From Gekko japonicus (lineage: Eukaryota): a stretch of 64,000 nt of DNA. Under the pieces are notes generated by a model, which did not search any database, was not told where the DNA came from, and saw only the letters and a program-made list of their open reading frames with translations. The stretch spans positions 873,744 through 937,743 of the forward strand of contig NW_015164672.1 in assembly GCF_001447785.1 (NCBI RefSeq), in the 5' to 3' direction. The translations under genes and the position numbers were made by a program. Shown one piece after another: positions 23,433 through 37,747 of this stretch. Position 1 is the stretch's first letter, and each line of letters begins with the position of its first letter.

Positions 23433-26400
23433 CTCATTTTTTTTTAGTAAACAAAATTCAAATATGACTGATTTACAGTGTTTCTTAAGATTGCATCATT
23501 TATCATATACCAAAAGGCATCAAAAGTTTCCCAAGATATTGCAAAATGGAATTTTATACCGAGCATCTGGTTGTACCTTTAGGCTTTTTCTAGACACGGA
23601 ACACAAGAAAGCACCAATCCACTAGGACATTCTCTTGCACAAAGAGTTGGATCCAGTGTTTCTGCCAGGTTTTTCACGCACTCTCACCCAATTTCCTTCC
23701 CTTGCCACAGACTTCATCCCACATGTGTTTTGTCCATGCAGGTTCCAGATTCCCTAGCATAGCCTTTTTAGGTGGTCAGAAAGGTACCCAGCTTTCCCTT
23801 TGCACCAGCAAAAAGCTAGCTGGATCCAACCCCGAGTCTACTGAAATCAACGGGAGCTATGCAAGTGTATGATGCTGTTTGACAGCTCCCAAGCACTCAA
23901 ATAGGGCTTGCGCAGGAGAGCCTCCTGGTGGACTATATTACATCCTACTTACTATAACAAAGGTTGTTGGTTGTTTCAAGCAGACAGCTCCCAGACTGCA
24001 AAATCCTTAAACATTTCAAACACACAAGAAAAAGTCCTGTACGATAGTTTAAGTCACATGAAAACCATGTTGGTTTTGATTTTTGCAAGCAAATTCAAAC
24101 TAGGAGAATTCACTCAGGAATTTCCCTTCAAAAGTAAATTTAAGGCTGCATCCATGGATATTGTCCTATTGTGGTGCTAGCAATGTTCCCTCTAAGCTGT
24201 GGAGTCTGGTGAGCAAAAATCCTACGTTGTGAGCTGCTGGCTTTATAGTTGTGAGCAAGCGCTTTAGCTACTGCATCAGTTAGTTTGCTCTGGAGCCCTC
24301 CTTCCTGAGCTAAGGCAGAAATCTGTGAGCTAGAGGCTGAAAAACGGTGAGCTAGCTCACGCTAACTCAGCTTAGAGGGAACAGCAGCAGACATTTGCAA
24401 ATAGATCTTCTTGCCCACACAGGAAAATCCAATTGCAAATGCTTGCAACGATTGCAGTGATAGCGCCCGTATCCAACTACAGCCTAAAATTCTATCCAAA
24501 CGTAGAAGTTTGAAGTTCCCAACTTGTTAAATGGGTTGAACCAATACTAGGCCCCACAGAGTTCTTTATGGGTTTAACATCGGAACCCTAAATAGACGCA
24601 CTTCCTTAATGTAGCTGAATTTCAGTCCGGGGGGTGGCCCTTCCATGAGCCCAGGTGAGGCAGCTGTTCCACAAAGTGGATTTTGGACAGCAGAGGAAAT
24701 GTTTATGAAGCACAACTGACCCAGTTATCATTTTGTCTTATGGCGACCCCATAGATTTTCAAGGCAAGAGATTTCAGAGGTGGTTTGCCATTGCCTACCC
24801 TTTGCACAGCAACCCTGGACTTCCTTAGTGGTCTCCCATCCAAGAAGTTTAGCATCCAAGATCTGACAAGAACAGGCTAGCCTGGGCCATCCAGTCAGGG
24901 CAAAGAGATTTAATGCAGAATCTATAAACATGTACAACTGGCTATTGGTCTTATGACAGTAGCTTCCTTTCAGTGAGAGTTTTTCTCTTGTACAGGGACC
25001 GGGTCTTCTTCGAAAGGAGCCCCCAAATATGTAATAAATTCTGTCTGTGGCTAAACATTGATACAAGGCTCATAGGCAAGAAGCAGCCTAAGGGAAACGT
25101 TGGGAATAACTTTGCCGGAAGAACGCAAGGTCGGAAGTACAATGAGTTGGATCCATCAGAGCATTTCTGCTGATGGACGGTTCTCTGCCCAGGAAGTATT
25201 TTTCCCCAACCCAACAGAGCAAAAAATGCCCCCCAAATGTTTGTCTTGATGGTTCCCTGTCCCCAAGGAGCAGCATTTCTGGGAGCATTTAGGGCTGCCA
25301 TGAGAGGCCCAACACTTCCACTCAGCAGGTGGAAATCCTTCCATAAGTGGAAAGCCATTGCCTTTGGCATGCTCATTGAGCATGTTTTATACATATAGGC
25401 TTGGCTCCCATGAGATAGCAGCATGGCTGGGATTTTAGCGCCATCTGTAAGCAATTAATCAAATTATTATAGAGCCAGGTGGTCAACCACGTTAAAGGTC
25501 CAGTGGCACCTTTAAGACCAACAAAATTTTATTCAAGGTATGAATGCACACAAAAGTTCATACCTTGAATAAAACTGGACTCTAAATTTGTTCTTCAGAT
25601 TATGATGTCTTTATTACCTTATATAAATCTTAACTTGTTTTATCAATGTTTTATATAACTGTATTGTACACCGCCCTGAGCCTGGTTTCACCAGGGAGGG
25701 TGGTTGATAAATTAGATTTAATTAATTAATTAATAAAAACAAGTTCTGCATATGCCAGACAGCTCTGCCACAGAGGTGGCTTCCTCTTCCGCTGGAACTC
25801 CCATTTCTGCAAGATCAGAGGTCTTCAATGAGACCTTGAGCAAACAGAAGTGCTAGAAGACAAGGACGCGGGTTCAGTGGCAGAGTCTGTCTAGAATCAT
25901 AGAACTTGTTCAGGGGATCCAAATCATTATTTTGTTAGACTGCTGGAGGACTTGATCAGTTTTTTGTTCTGGATTTCAGCCCTCCCCTCCAGCTCTCGTG
26001 GGAATGGATTTGGGGCAGTATTAAAAATGGCCAAGTGGGAGACAGGCCATGGAGTATAAAAAAAAGGGACATTCTCCAGTGTAAGCCTAGGGTTGCCAGC
26101 TCTGGGTTAGAAAATATCTGGAGATTTTGGGGGTGGAGGGGGCAGGGTTTGGGGAGTAGAGGGACTTCAGTGGGATATAAGGCCATGGACTCCACCTTCC
26201 TAAGTGGTCATTCTCTCCAAGGGAACTGATCTCTGTCACCTGGAGATCAGTTGTAACCCCAGGAGATCTCCAGCCACCACCTGGAAGTTGGCAACCCCAG
26301 TAAGCCCCATTGAGAGGAACAAGAACTCTCCAAGAGCACCTCCTGTCTGTTTCAATGAAGCTTGTCAAGACAGCTTCTTGATACAATATACCTTATAAAA

Positions 26401-26512
26401 ATTAATTAGGAAAGATATCTCGTACGTATTTTCTGCCTCAGACATTACAGAGTTTTGGGGCAGACCTCAGCAACACCAGAATAACGCTTATTTCCCCCCC
26501 CCCCTCACACAG

Positions 26513-26638
26513 ATCTCCAAGACAGCAAAGGAAGTCATAGAATATATAGAGGCCAATTCAGCAGAAGACCCTCTCTTAAAGCCCATCCCAGAAGACAAGA
26601 ACCCATTTAAGGAGAAGGGAGGCTGTACAATAAGCTGA
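26513..26638 (+). CDS. GNGT2: GNGT2 coding exon 2 (ISKTAKEVIEYIEANSAEDPLLKPIPEDKNPFKEKGGCTIS*)
   Basis: Polypyrimidine tract plus cacag acceptor; IPEDKNPFKEKGGC signature; CaaX CTIS; total 69 aa. Confidence 0.95.
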   Translation: MSKTAKEVIEYIEANSAEDPLLKPIPEDKNPFKEKGGCTIS

Positions 26639-29079
26639 CCCCGGCCCCCCCGAGACAAGATCTTCACTGCCCTCCTCACACAGTACCTGGACTCTCTCAT
26701 TCTAGCTTAAATGATCTTCCACAAGAGAAATAAAACTATTGGACTTCTTTGCTGGAATTTAAGCCTCCCACAGAACAATGGAATTGGGAAGAGGTCTCCG
26801 CTGAGACAAAGAAACAAGAAGACAGCTGCTAAAGAGGACTTCCATGTTGTAAATATGCTGCAATTGTTGCAAGTTCCTCAGAGACGCCTAGCTATTCATT
26901 GCTGTTTTGTTTTTTTTAAGTGTAGGCTTTTGAGTTTGCTAGCTTATAGGTGTTCTTTTTTCCCAGTAGATACCAGCTTGAAATAGACTCAGCACAGCAC
27001 AGGGTATTCCCTTTTAAAACGGCAACACCTAGGATTGCTGTCTCTGGTTTGGGNNNNNNNNNNNNNNNNNNNNNNNNNNNNNNNNNNNNNNNNNNNNNNN
27101 NNNNNNNNNNNTGTCACTCTAGGACTTCCATTTCTCCTAGCGTCTCTGGTATACCATAGAGTTCACTGTCCAAAGCGACCGTTTTCTGCAGGGGATCAGT
27201 TGTAATTCAGAGAAAACTCTAGGCCTCACCTTGAGGTTAGCAACCCTAGAAACACCTTGTGGACAAGGAACAAGCTTCATGGCTTGTCCTGATAGACTGA
27301 ATGATTATGCTTCTGGCTGCACTTATTTATCTATGTTTATTTACTTAGAAAATGTATCCGCTGCCTCTCCATAGACCTACTTGAGGCAATCTTTTTCCTA
27401 AGTACATGTTTACCCTACAATTTCTGAAGACTCAGTCAAAGGCCTACCATCTTCTATATGCAGAAGATGTTTTACCGGAAGCAAAAGAATGAAGTGACCA
27501 CCTGTGAGGGAACAGCAGAGTGGGAGACGGACAATTCACGGGGCACGGCTAGGGAGATCTGGGGGTGGAGTCTTGAGAAGAAGGGGAGGAGCAAGACATG
27601 ATGCCATTTTGTTCAGGGGAAGTGAGGGGAACTGACCTCTGCCACCTGAAGATCGGTTGTAATTCTGGGAGATCTCCAGGCCCCAACTGGAGGTTGGCAA
27701 GTTTATCCACAGAGAAATTCTCCTGTGCACACACCCCCATTTAAATTGACAGGCATTGTACTGCTCCAGATGGTGCCTCATGTTCAGTCATAGGAAGAGG
27801 GATTGTCCTTTGAATTTTATTTTTCCTCCTCGGGCATCCCAATTTCTTGGTCTGGTGCGGTCTGTAAGCTACTCCCACCAAGCTCTCTTCAGCGTCAACA
27901 GTGTTAGATCATATCACTCCTTATCCAAGACACAGAGTAACAGCCTTTCTGTGGAGGTGGGAGGACAGCCATATTGTGCTCCCCACCCCCCTTTCCGGCT
28001 GCTTCCCCGCCTTGAAATGTCTGTACTAAATGTGCTTTAGACCACAGGACGAGTGGAACACTGAACACACAAAGAATAAACTCAACCAAGTTTCTCAATA
28101 TGGCAAGGCCTTATGAGAACTAAGGTAACAGTTCCTCCTGTTAAACCAAAATATATGGCTGGCCTTCAGTAAATGTTAGGAATGGAAAGGTAAAACAAAA
28201 ACAAAAGGAAAAGCTTAAAGGGCTACAAAATGAATACAAGGGAATAAATCACAAGGCATATCCTACTTGAAGCAGTAAACGCCATCAACAGTGTCTAAGG
28301 TGTCTTACGTTCCAGGTGTAAAATTCAAAACGTGAGTCCAGGGAGAAAAACTGCACTATCCCCGCAACAGAAGTATAGTCACCATATGCAGACCCAATAA
28401 CTTAGAAATACATGTACATTTCTTGCACACAACCTGTCTGAGCATGTGAAAAGGCTCTTATCACCATTCAACTGTCAAAATATTTCTGTTCCAGTGAGGA
28501 AGGCAGAGATCTTAGAGATGTCTCACAACGCTACTGTTCTTGGGGCCTACCTACACATTAGACACAAGCGTCTGTAGCAAAAGTCTGACGGCGCTTTCTC
28601 CTAGAGAAAAGCCACTTCAGGAGGGGTTATTTGGAGAAGAGAAGCTGCTGAAGGAGAGGGAATATGGCCCTTTCCCGATACATCACGACTCTGCTCCAAA
28701 TCTCTCCCTCAAGCCACTTTCAGATGGAGATTCCATAGAAAACCTCTCAGCTTCACAGTGTTCATGAACAGTTGGATCTAACCAGTATTTTTGCTTTGAT
28801 GTATAGGATTGCTAACTCCAGGTTGGGAAATTCTTAAGAGATCTGGGAGTGGAATCTGGGGAGAGGAGGGTTTGAGGAGGGGAGGGGACATCAGTGGGGT
28901 ATAATGCCATACTCTCCAAAGTAGCCATTTTCTCCAGGGGAACCGATCTCTCTTGTCTGGAGTTCCGTTGTAATCTGTGGCAATCTCCAGGCCCTACCTG
29001 GAGGCTGGCAACCCAAGCACTGGGGGAAATCACAGAAACTGCAGGGACAAAAGCCTTGTGGGATAGGGGGTATAAAAAG

Positions 29080-29456
29080 CAGGGCTATTTTGGGGCAGGA
29101 ATACACAGGAACAGAGTTCCGGCTGGCTCCCAAGTTGGCAAAGCCCAGCAGGAACTCATTAGCATAATAGGCCACACCCAACAGCAGAAACTCATTCGGA
29201 TTGGCTACAATTAGGGGTGTGTGGCCTAACATGCAAAAAGCCCTGGGTTCTGACAACAAACAAGGTAAAGAGAATAAGAAGCAAAAGGTGGATGTGGCTG
29301 GATGACCACACATCTGGTAACATGGGGGTGTGGCCTAATAGTCAAATGAGCTGTGATGTCAGGGTGTGGCCTAATATGCTAATGAGTTCCTGCTGTTGGG
29401 TATGGCCTATTATGCTAATGAGTTCCTGCTGGGCTTTTTCTACAAAAAAAGCCCTG
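29080..29456. mobile_element. hAT-type MITE, TIR CAGGGCT (second copy 47695-48090)
   Basis: Perfect TSD ATAAAAAG; subterminal ATGCTAATGAG/GGCCACACC repeats. Confidence 0.88.
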
Positions 29457-30437
29457 ATAAAAAGTAAAACTGTTTGAGATGGAGTTTAAAAAGCTGGCTG
29501 GATCCAACCCGATAGCTGTCTATTAGGTTGAACGCTGCATCAGACATCCACTTTGCCACTCTCCATTGCTTCATCATGGTGGTTTCCCACCTTCTTATAA
29601 CTCTCTGGATTAAAGTAAATGTGATTTAGCCACAGAGATATTCAGAAAAGGATGCAGCAATTTACCACATATTCTTGGATTCAAGTGAAACTGCCATAGC
29701 TATTGTGGAAAATGCATCTTCTTATGTTGCTTTTTTCTAAAGGTAATACAGTTTTTAAGCAGTGTCCTCCAAACTTAATTGTCTTGTAAGCAGCATTAGT
29801 TGGGAAGCTGGCTTTTTAAATTGTTAACTGTATTGTGCGATACAAATGCAATCATGGAAGTGTTATAATAATATTAAAAATGCAGATTTGTGTGAGCAGC
29901 ACTGGAAATATACTGCATTTATCTTTATTGAGCCATTTTTTTATTTGGGAAAATCAAGTCCAGTGTTGCTGGAGAAATGCATTTCAATCACAAATGGTGG
30001 AGGGAGGAAAATGGGAGGGGGGATTCCACAAAAGAAAATGTCACTATTGTCACTATTTAAAAAGAAAACAAAACACTTATTTCATCTCTGAAGCAGAACA
30101 GATAAATCAGTGTTTCAATGCCATGTTTTAGAAAAATCGAATTCACTGCCACAGGAGGTGGTGGCGGCTACAAGCATGGACGGCTTCAAGAGGGAGATAA
30201 ACATATGGAGCAGAAGTCCATAAGTGGCTATTAGCCACAAGGTATAGAAAGGAACTCTCAGTCTGGGGCAAGTGCTCTGTATTCTTGGTGCTGGAGGGGG
30301 CAACAGTGGGAGGGCTTCTAGTGTCCTGGCCCCACTGGTGGACCTCCTGATGGCACCTGGTGTTTTTGGCCACTGGATGGGCCATTGGCCTGATCCAACA
30401 TTAGCTTCTCTTATGTTCTTATGTAATGGGGTATAAT

Positions 30438-30698
30438 CAGAGGTCATTTGGGGGGGGGAACGCTTCCAGCCCTCATTCAGCCAGGAGGAGGCAGGAGAAG
30501 AGGGAGGGTAAGTTGCTTCCTCCCCGCCTCTCCCCACCCCTGCCTGCCTGGGGCCAGGGAGGGCCTTGGCGGGGCTTCCTTGCACTCCCGCTGGCCTTGC
30601 AGGTCCACCGCCGGGCCCCTGATGTCAGGGGGTGTGGCCTATGCTAATTAGTTATGCTAATGAGTTCCCCTAGCTCTTTTTCTACGAAATGACCCCTG
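30438..30698. mobile_element. hAT-type MITE (CAGGGGTCATTTC family; further copy 60433-60816)
   Basis: Perfect TSD GGTATAAT (30430-30437 / 30699-30706). Confidence 0.87.
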
Positions 30699-31167
30699 GG
30701 TATAATGCCGCAAAGTCCACCTTTCAAAGCAGCCATTTTCTCCAGGGGAACTGGTCTCCATTTCCTGGAGATCAGCTGGAATCCCAGGAAATCTCCAGCT
30801 ACCATCTGGAGGCTCAAACAGCAGAGATGCATGGAAGGAAGAAAGTAATACAGACGATCAAACTGTGCATAAATAACGAAAAATATATTCGACAATCACT
30901 AAGAATGACCATCTAAACCAATATAGAGTAGTTTTTCAAAAATATAATAATTAGAAACTCAAAAGTATACAGTCCAAATACAAAAAAACCCAGTCCTATT
31001 AATGCACTTCAGAAATAGTCCAAGTCAAATTCCTCAAACAGTGAAAAGTCCAAATACAGATGTTTCTAATTCTTCTTCACAAAATCCTCGTCTCGCCGCT
31101 TCTGTATCCACTTTCCAGTCCCGCCGGCCTCAAGTTGCCTTTTGAGGAAGCAAGGCAACGCAGCCAC

Positions 31168-31471
31168 TTACGGCGACCGACAACGTACAAGGAAGGGGTC
31201 CTCATTCAGAATCTTTGATTCTTGGGGAGGGAAGCTGCAGCTCGCATATGATGACCTCCTGGTCACAGCACGATGGGGGTAGCTCAGGAACGCTGGCTGG
31301 CACACGTGTAGGCAGTAGAGCAACCGTATCCACTGCCCAAAAACATTGTCCAGTTCTGGAGGACGCACCAGAAGCTGCAGGTAGAACAGGCGGCCGCTAG
31401 CCAGCCTAACTTTTAACTGGTATCGGGTCCTGTCGTGGATGGAGATCCGGACAAACTTCAGGGGCAGAAGC
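31168..31471 (-). CDS. GARIN5A: GARIN5A/FAM71E1-like coding exon 3 (LLPLKFVRISIHDRTRYQLKVRLASGRLFYLQL...RCRSP*)
   Basis: DUF3699/GARIN motifs LLPLKFV and L..GR.FYLQL; acceptor ccaccag; phase fits exon 2. The 3' end at the stop (31168) is less certain. Confidence 0.85.
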
Positions 31472-34088
31472 CTGGTGGGTAGGAGAAATGTGTGCTCGTG
31501 GATCAGGAGATCACAAAAGGCAACCCCCTCCCCTGTTACCGAGTTTCGGTTTGTGACTGTGCTATTATCCCTAGTGGATAACCCTCCCTGTTCCCCTGCG
31601 AGATTAATCCGGTGCTGTTGTTGATCTTAAAAGCCCTGCAGGGCCTGGTCTCAGCGGGCCTAGGAGATCATCTCTCCGCAACCCCATACATTTCATCATG
31701 ACCTATAAGACTTCCCGCTCCTTACATTTCCATGTATGGGCCAACCAATGTCCACTAGAACAGAAGGTTCCCTCAGCAAATACCCCTAATTTGGTGTAGT
31801 GGTTAAATTTGGTGTCGTGGTTAAGTGCATGGACTCTAATCTGGGAGAACCGGGTTTGATTCCCCACTCTTCCACTCGCAGCTGCTGGATGACCTTGAGC
31901 AAGCCATAGTTCTGTCGGAGCTGTCCTTGAAAGAGCAGTTCTCTCAGAGCTCTCTCAGACCCGCCTACCTCACAGGGTGTCTGTTGTGGGGAGGGGAAGG
32001 GAGAGGAGTTTGTAAACTGCTCTGAGTGAAGGGTGGGGTATAAATTCAATCTCCTCTTCTAATTTCTAGCATACCCTCCCCACCCCCCCGGGAAACACCA
32101 AAGCCAGAGTTCCTTCTAGGAAACGCTTCAGTTGGGACTGTCACTTGAATAAAGAAATATTAGCTAATGAAACCTATCGATTTCAATTGATCAAATAATT
32201 TCATTTATAAATGGGCATCGGAAGAAGGTTTCTGGATGGTGCGAGTTATGTGGCTGTATTCAGGCATCATTAACAAACTTGAGCATGAAACTGGTTTATT
32301 ATCAGGCTCAAACAGGCCCATGGGGACTCTGGTTTAGGGAGTCTTCTTTGATCTATCTCTGGTTTGTAGTGCTTTTCAAACACAGGCACTTCAACTAAGT
32401 AGAATTTGTTTCTTTCCAGGTAACCAACCAAGGCTCTTTCTGGCAACTGGATTCTAAACCAGCTTGCAATTTAGAGATCTATCCTGGTAACAGCTTTCTG
32501 TGGCCTAAACCCCCCTTTCTCCATACTTTTCCTTTCAAAAGCTCAGCTGCACTGTAAAGGGGGAAGGGTGTCTGTAGCAACTGGCCCCACAGCCTCCCCA
32601 CATTTCCATCTTTCAACTGGACAGAAGAATGGCTGGGTTATTTTAATCTGGTTTAAAGGGGAAAACCCAGGGAAGTTCACAAGTTGTGCTTAGAAGTGGC
32701 ATGCCATCAGGTGGGCATTCCTTCTAAACCTGCAGCTTTTCTGCTTTCTATGTGAGAAATATCCTTGTGTGTAAGCAGTTTATACTGTCACCAACTGCAA
32801 CTATTGTGAACGGTCATAGTGCCTCTTTTGTATACATATGAGATGGGCATAGATATATGACTAGGGATGGGCATGAACTGGCTGACAAACTATAGTTTGT
32901 CACAAATTTTGACCAACTCCTGGTTTACAAAGGGATGTTTGCCAACTGAACTGCCATGAACTTCCATGAATTTTGATGCAGTTCGTGGTGGTTTGTTAAG
33001 AACCCCTGCTTTCTGCTCTTCAAGAAAAACAGCTGAGCTATTTGATTTAAATGTCTTGGAGCCATTTAAACCCCTGCTTTCTGCTCCCTGCAGTTGCAGG
33101 GGTTTAAAATGTAAATGGTCCATGAGCTGACACAAACTGGTTCGGTTCACAAACTGGCATATCATGGTTCACAAAAATGCAGTTCGGGTCCATCCCTAGA
33201 TATGACAGAGCATACCTACTGAGTTTCTGGGCCTTTTCACTATATAGAACTGCCAACTGATAAATCCAGTTCCTCTATTTGTCCCTTGACTACCAATTTG
33301 ATCTGCAAGAAATACCGGGTGATGTTATCGAACCCAATGCCATGAAAAGCTTCAAGTGGGCAGATGCTGCAGATTAAAGTCCTATTAAATGGACAAGAAA
33401 TTTCTTCTCCACCTTGACCAGTTGGCTACCTTATGACTATACTGCGTACATTGAGATTCCCCCCCCCCTTTGCATCTGTCTGTGTGAAAGGCAACTGGGG
33501 GATAACCCGTTGTACATCTGACAACTGTTGTGGCTTTCGCACCTTTATGCCACAATAAAGTTGCTAGGCATTAACGTGTGACTATGTTGTTTTATTTTGC
33601 TGCTAACAGACTAGCAGTTATTCCCTCCCCTGCCCCAGAATTCACCAGTATCTATTTCAGAAATGTTTGTAAGATCCTCCTGACGTCTCCTTATTTTGCA
33701 TTAGCGGGGACTGGTTTTCTGTATATACTTACTGGGGGGAAAAATGGGGGAATCTTTCCAAGCATGTGCAGAGGGGTCTTCCCCACCACTGAATCATCAC
33801 AGCCAAGACCCATATGTCTAAGTTACATTTACAGGCAAGACTTGGGGTTGCCAACTCCAGATTGGGAAACTCATGGACTTTTGGGGGTGGAATCTGGAGA
33901 GGGTTGAGATATCAGTGGGGTATGATGTCACGGAGTCCACCCCCACAGAGTGGCCTTTGTTCCAGTGAAACTGATCTCTGTAGCCTGGAGATCAGTTGAT
34001 ATTGGGGGGGGGATCTCCAGGCCCTACCTGGAGGTTGGCAACCGCATGACAGAAAAGTGCCACTGTGCACAAAGGTGTTGGGGACTCA

Positions 34089-34337
<249 letters not shown>

Positions 34338-35839
34338 CTAAACCCCCCTTTCTCCATACTTTTCCTTTCAAAAGCTCAGCTGCACTGTAAAGGGGAAAGG
34401 GTGACTGTAGCAACTGGCATTGTACCATATTGAAAGTGGAGCACTGCTCTACTCCACCCCCTAGTGGCTGCAGGATGGAACATCCAGATGGATATTCCAC
34501 CCACAGCCTCCCCACATTTCCATATTTCAACTGGACAGAAGAATGGCTGGGTTATTTTAATCTGGTTTAAAGGGGAAAACCCAGGGAAGTACACAAGTTG
34601 TGCTTAGAAGTGGCATGCCATCAGGTGGGCATTCCTTCTAAACCTGCAGCTTTTCTGCTTTCTATGTGAGAAATATCCTTGTGTGTAAGCAGTTTATACT
34701 GTCACCAACTGCAACTATTGTGAACGGTCATAGTGCCTCTTTTGTATACATATGAGATGGGCATAGATATATGACTAGGGATGGGCATGAACTGGCTGAC
34801 AAACTATAGTTTGTCACAAATTTTGACCAACTCCTGGTTTACAAAGGGATGTTTGCCAACTGAACTGCCATGAACTTCCATGAATTTTGAAAGCTGACAC
34901 AAACTGGTTCGGTTCACAAATGGCATATCATGGTTCGGGTCCATCCTTAGATATGACAGAGTATACCTGCTGAGTTTCTGGAACTTTTCACTATATAGAG
35001 CTGCCAACTGGTAAATCCAGTTCCTCTATTTGTCCCTTGACTACCAATTTGATCTGCAGGAAATACCGGGTGATGTTATTGAACCCCATGCCATTAAAAG
35101 CTTCAAGTGGCCAGATGCTGCAGATTAAAATCCTATTAAATGGACAAGAAATTTCTTCTCCACCTTGACCAGTTGGCTACCTTATGACTATACTGCGTAC
35201 ATTGAGATTCCCCCCCCCCTTTGCATCTGTCTGTGTGAAAGGCAACTGGGGGATAACCCGTTGTACATCTGACAACTGTTGTGGCTTTCGCACCTTTATG
35301 CCACAATAAAGTTGCTAGGCATTAACGTGTGACTATGTTGTTTTATTTTGCTGCTAACAGACTAGCAGTTATTCCCTCCCCTGCCCCAGAATTCACCAGT
35401 ATCTATTTCAGAAATGTTTGTAAGATCCTCCTGACGTCTCCTTATTTTGCATTAGTGGGGACTGGTTTTCTGTATATACGTACTGGGGGGAAAAATTGGG
35501 GAATCTTTCCAAGCATGTGCAGAGGGGTCTTCCCCACCACTGAATCATCACAGCCAAGACCCATATGTCTAAGTTACATTTACAGGCAAGACTTGGGGTT
35601 GCCAACTCCAGATTGGGAAACTCATGGACTTTTGGGGGTGGAATCTGGAGAGGGTTGAGATATCAGTGGGGTATGATGTCACGGAGTCCACCCCCACAGA
35701 GTGGCCTTTGTTCCAGTGAAACTGATCTCTGTAGCCTGGAGATCAGTTGATATTGGGGGGGGGATCTCCAGGCCCTACCTGGAGGTTGGCAACCGCATGA
35801 CAGAAAAGTGCCACTGTGCACAAAGGTGTTGGGGACTCA

Positions 35840-36088
<249 letters not shown>

Positions 36089-36551
36089 TCACAGGCTGGC
36101 TTCCCAAACATCTCATTCTGGAAATTCGCTTGGGCATTCTGCGAAATAAAAGCCAAGTGGCACTCTCCAAAACACAGAACGGAGTAATTCCAACCTCACC
36201 CCCAGTGCTGTTTCAGGTCAGGAACTGGGTGTATGTGGGAGGATAAAGTCCTTCTGCATGTATGCTGCATGCCTGAGCTGAACCGGGCAATGTTAGTGCG
36301 GGAACTGGGAACTCGCAGCTACCTGTTACAAGGCATGGGTCACCCAGATCCTGTGACTCCACCCTGTGTCATGAGATACAACTGCTCCATAACCCCAAAA
36401 GGGCTGTCGCTCACTGGTAGAACATCTGCTTGGCACGCAAAAGATCCCAGGTTCAATCCCAAGCATCTCTACTTAAAAAGGACCAGGAAGTGGGTGATGC
36501 AAAAGACCTCTATCTGGACACCTTTGAGATCCACTGCCAGTCTGAGTAGAC

Positions 36552-37747
36552 CAGGGGTCCCCAACCTTTTCAAGCCTGTGCGGGACATCTGGAATTCTGA
36601 CATGGCATGGCGGGTGCGGTGACAAAATGGCTGCTGAAGGAGGCAGAGCCAGCCACAAAACGATTGCCACAGCTTAACTTCAGTGACACAGTGTAGATCC
36701 TTGTGTCGCAGTGGCAGCTGCCGCCAAAAAGGTAAAGGTAAAGGTTCCCTTGCTCGAAAGCCAGTCGAATCTGACTCTAGGGTTGCGATGCTCATCTCCG
36801 TTTCAAAGCCGAAGAGCCAGCGCTGTCCGAAGACATTTCCGTGGTCATGTGGCCGGCATGACTAAACACCAAGGCGCACGGAAGGCTGTTACCTTCCCAC
36901 TGTAGTGGTACCTATTTATCTACTTGCAATTTCTTGCTTTTGAACTGCTAGGTTGGCAGGAGCTGGAACTGGAGACGGGAGCTCACTCCGTCATGCGGCA
37001 CACTCGGGTCTCGAACTGCTGAACTACCGACCTTCCACAGCCTGCAGTTCAGTGTCTTAACCACTTGAGCCACAGTGTAGATCCTTGTGTCGCAGTGGCA
37101 GCTGATGCCAAAGCAACGTTCTAAAAAAAATCTGCACAGCCAATCAAATATCCAAATAGTCAATCATATTCCTTGCTGGGCAAAAGCCCTACCTGGCCCC
37201 AACCACTTCCTCAAAATGCTTGGCAGGCGCCAGAAAAGGTGTCAGTGGACTTTGTGGCACCCATGGGGAACATGAGAGCCAGTTTGGTGTAGTGGCTAGG
37301 AGCGTGGACTCTAATCTGGGAGAACTGGGTTTGATTCCTCACTCCTCCACTTGCAGCTGCTGGATTACCTCGGGCAAGCCATAGTTCTGCCAGCACTGTC
37401 CTTGAAAGGGCACCTTCCTCACAGGGTGTCTGTTGTGGGGAGGGGAAGGGAAAGGAGTTTGTAAGCCGCTCTAAGACTCCGAGTGAAGGGCGGGGGATAA
37501 ATCCAATCTCCTCCTCCTCATGTTGGGGACCAGTGTTCCCTCTAAGCTGAGTTAGTGTGAACTAGCTCACAGTTTTTTAGCCTCCCTCACAGATTTTTGT
37601 CTTAGCTCAGGAAGGATGGCTCCAGAGCAAACTGATTTATGCAGCAGCCAAATTGCTCGCTCACAACTTTAATGCCAGCAGCTCACAAAGTAGAATTTTT
37701 ACTCACAAGACTCCACAACTTAGAGGGAACATTGTTGGGGACCCCTG
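36552..37747. mobile_element. hAT-type element (TIR CAGGGGTCCCCAA) hosting a Sauria SINE, a Squam3-like SINE and a MITE
   Basis: TSD GAGTAGAC/GAATAGAC; inserted in an older tRNA-derived SINE (about 36410-37810). Confidence 0.7.
36729..37075 (-). mobile_element. Sauria SINE (other copies near 47180-47530, 52710-53325, 61755-62050)
   Basis: (ACCTTT)n tail, BovB-like 3' part, tRNA-like head GTGGCTCAAGTGGTTAAG on the minus strand. Confidence 0.88.

Noticed and set aside
22231-26638. GNGT2-like gene as a novel third transducin-gamma paralog because it neighbours EMC10
   Set aside because: ABI3 lies divergently next to it, the conserved GNGT2 context, so plain orthology is the simpler reading.
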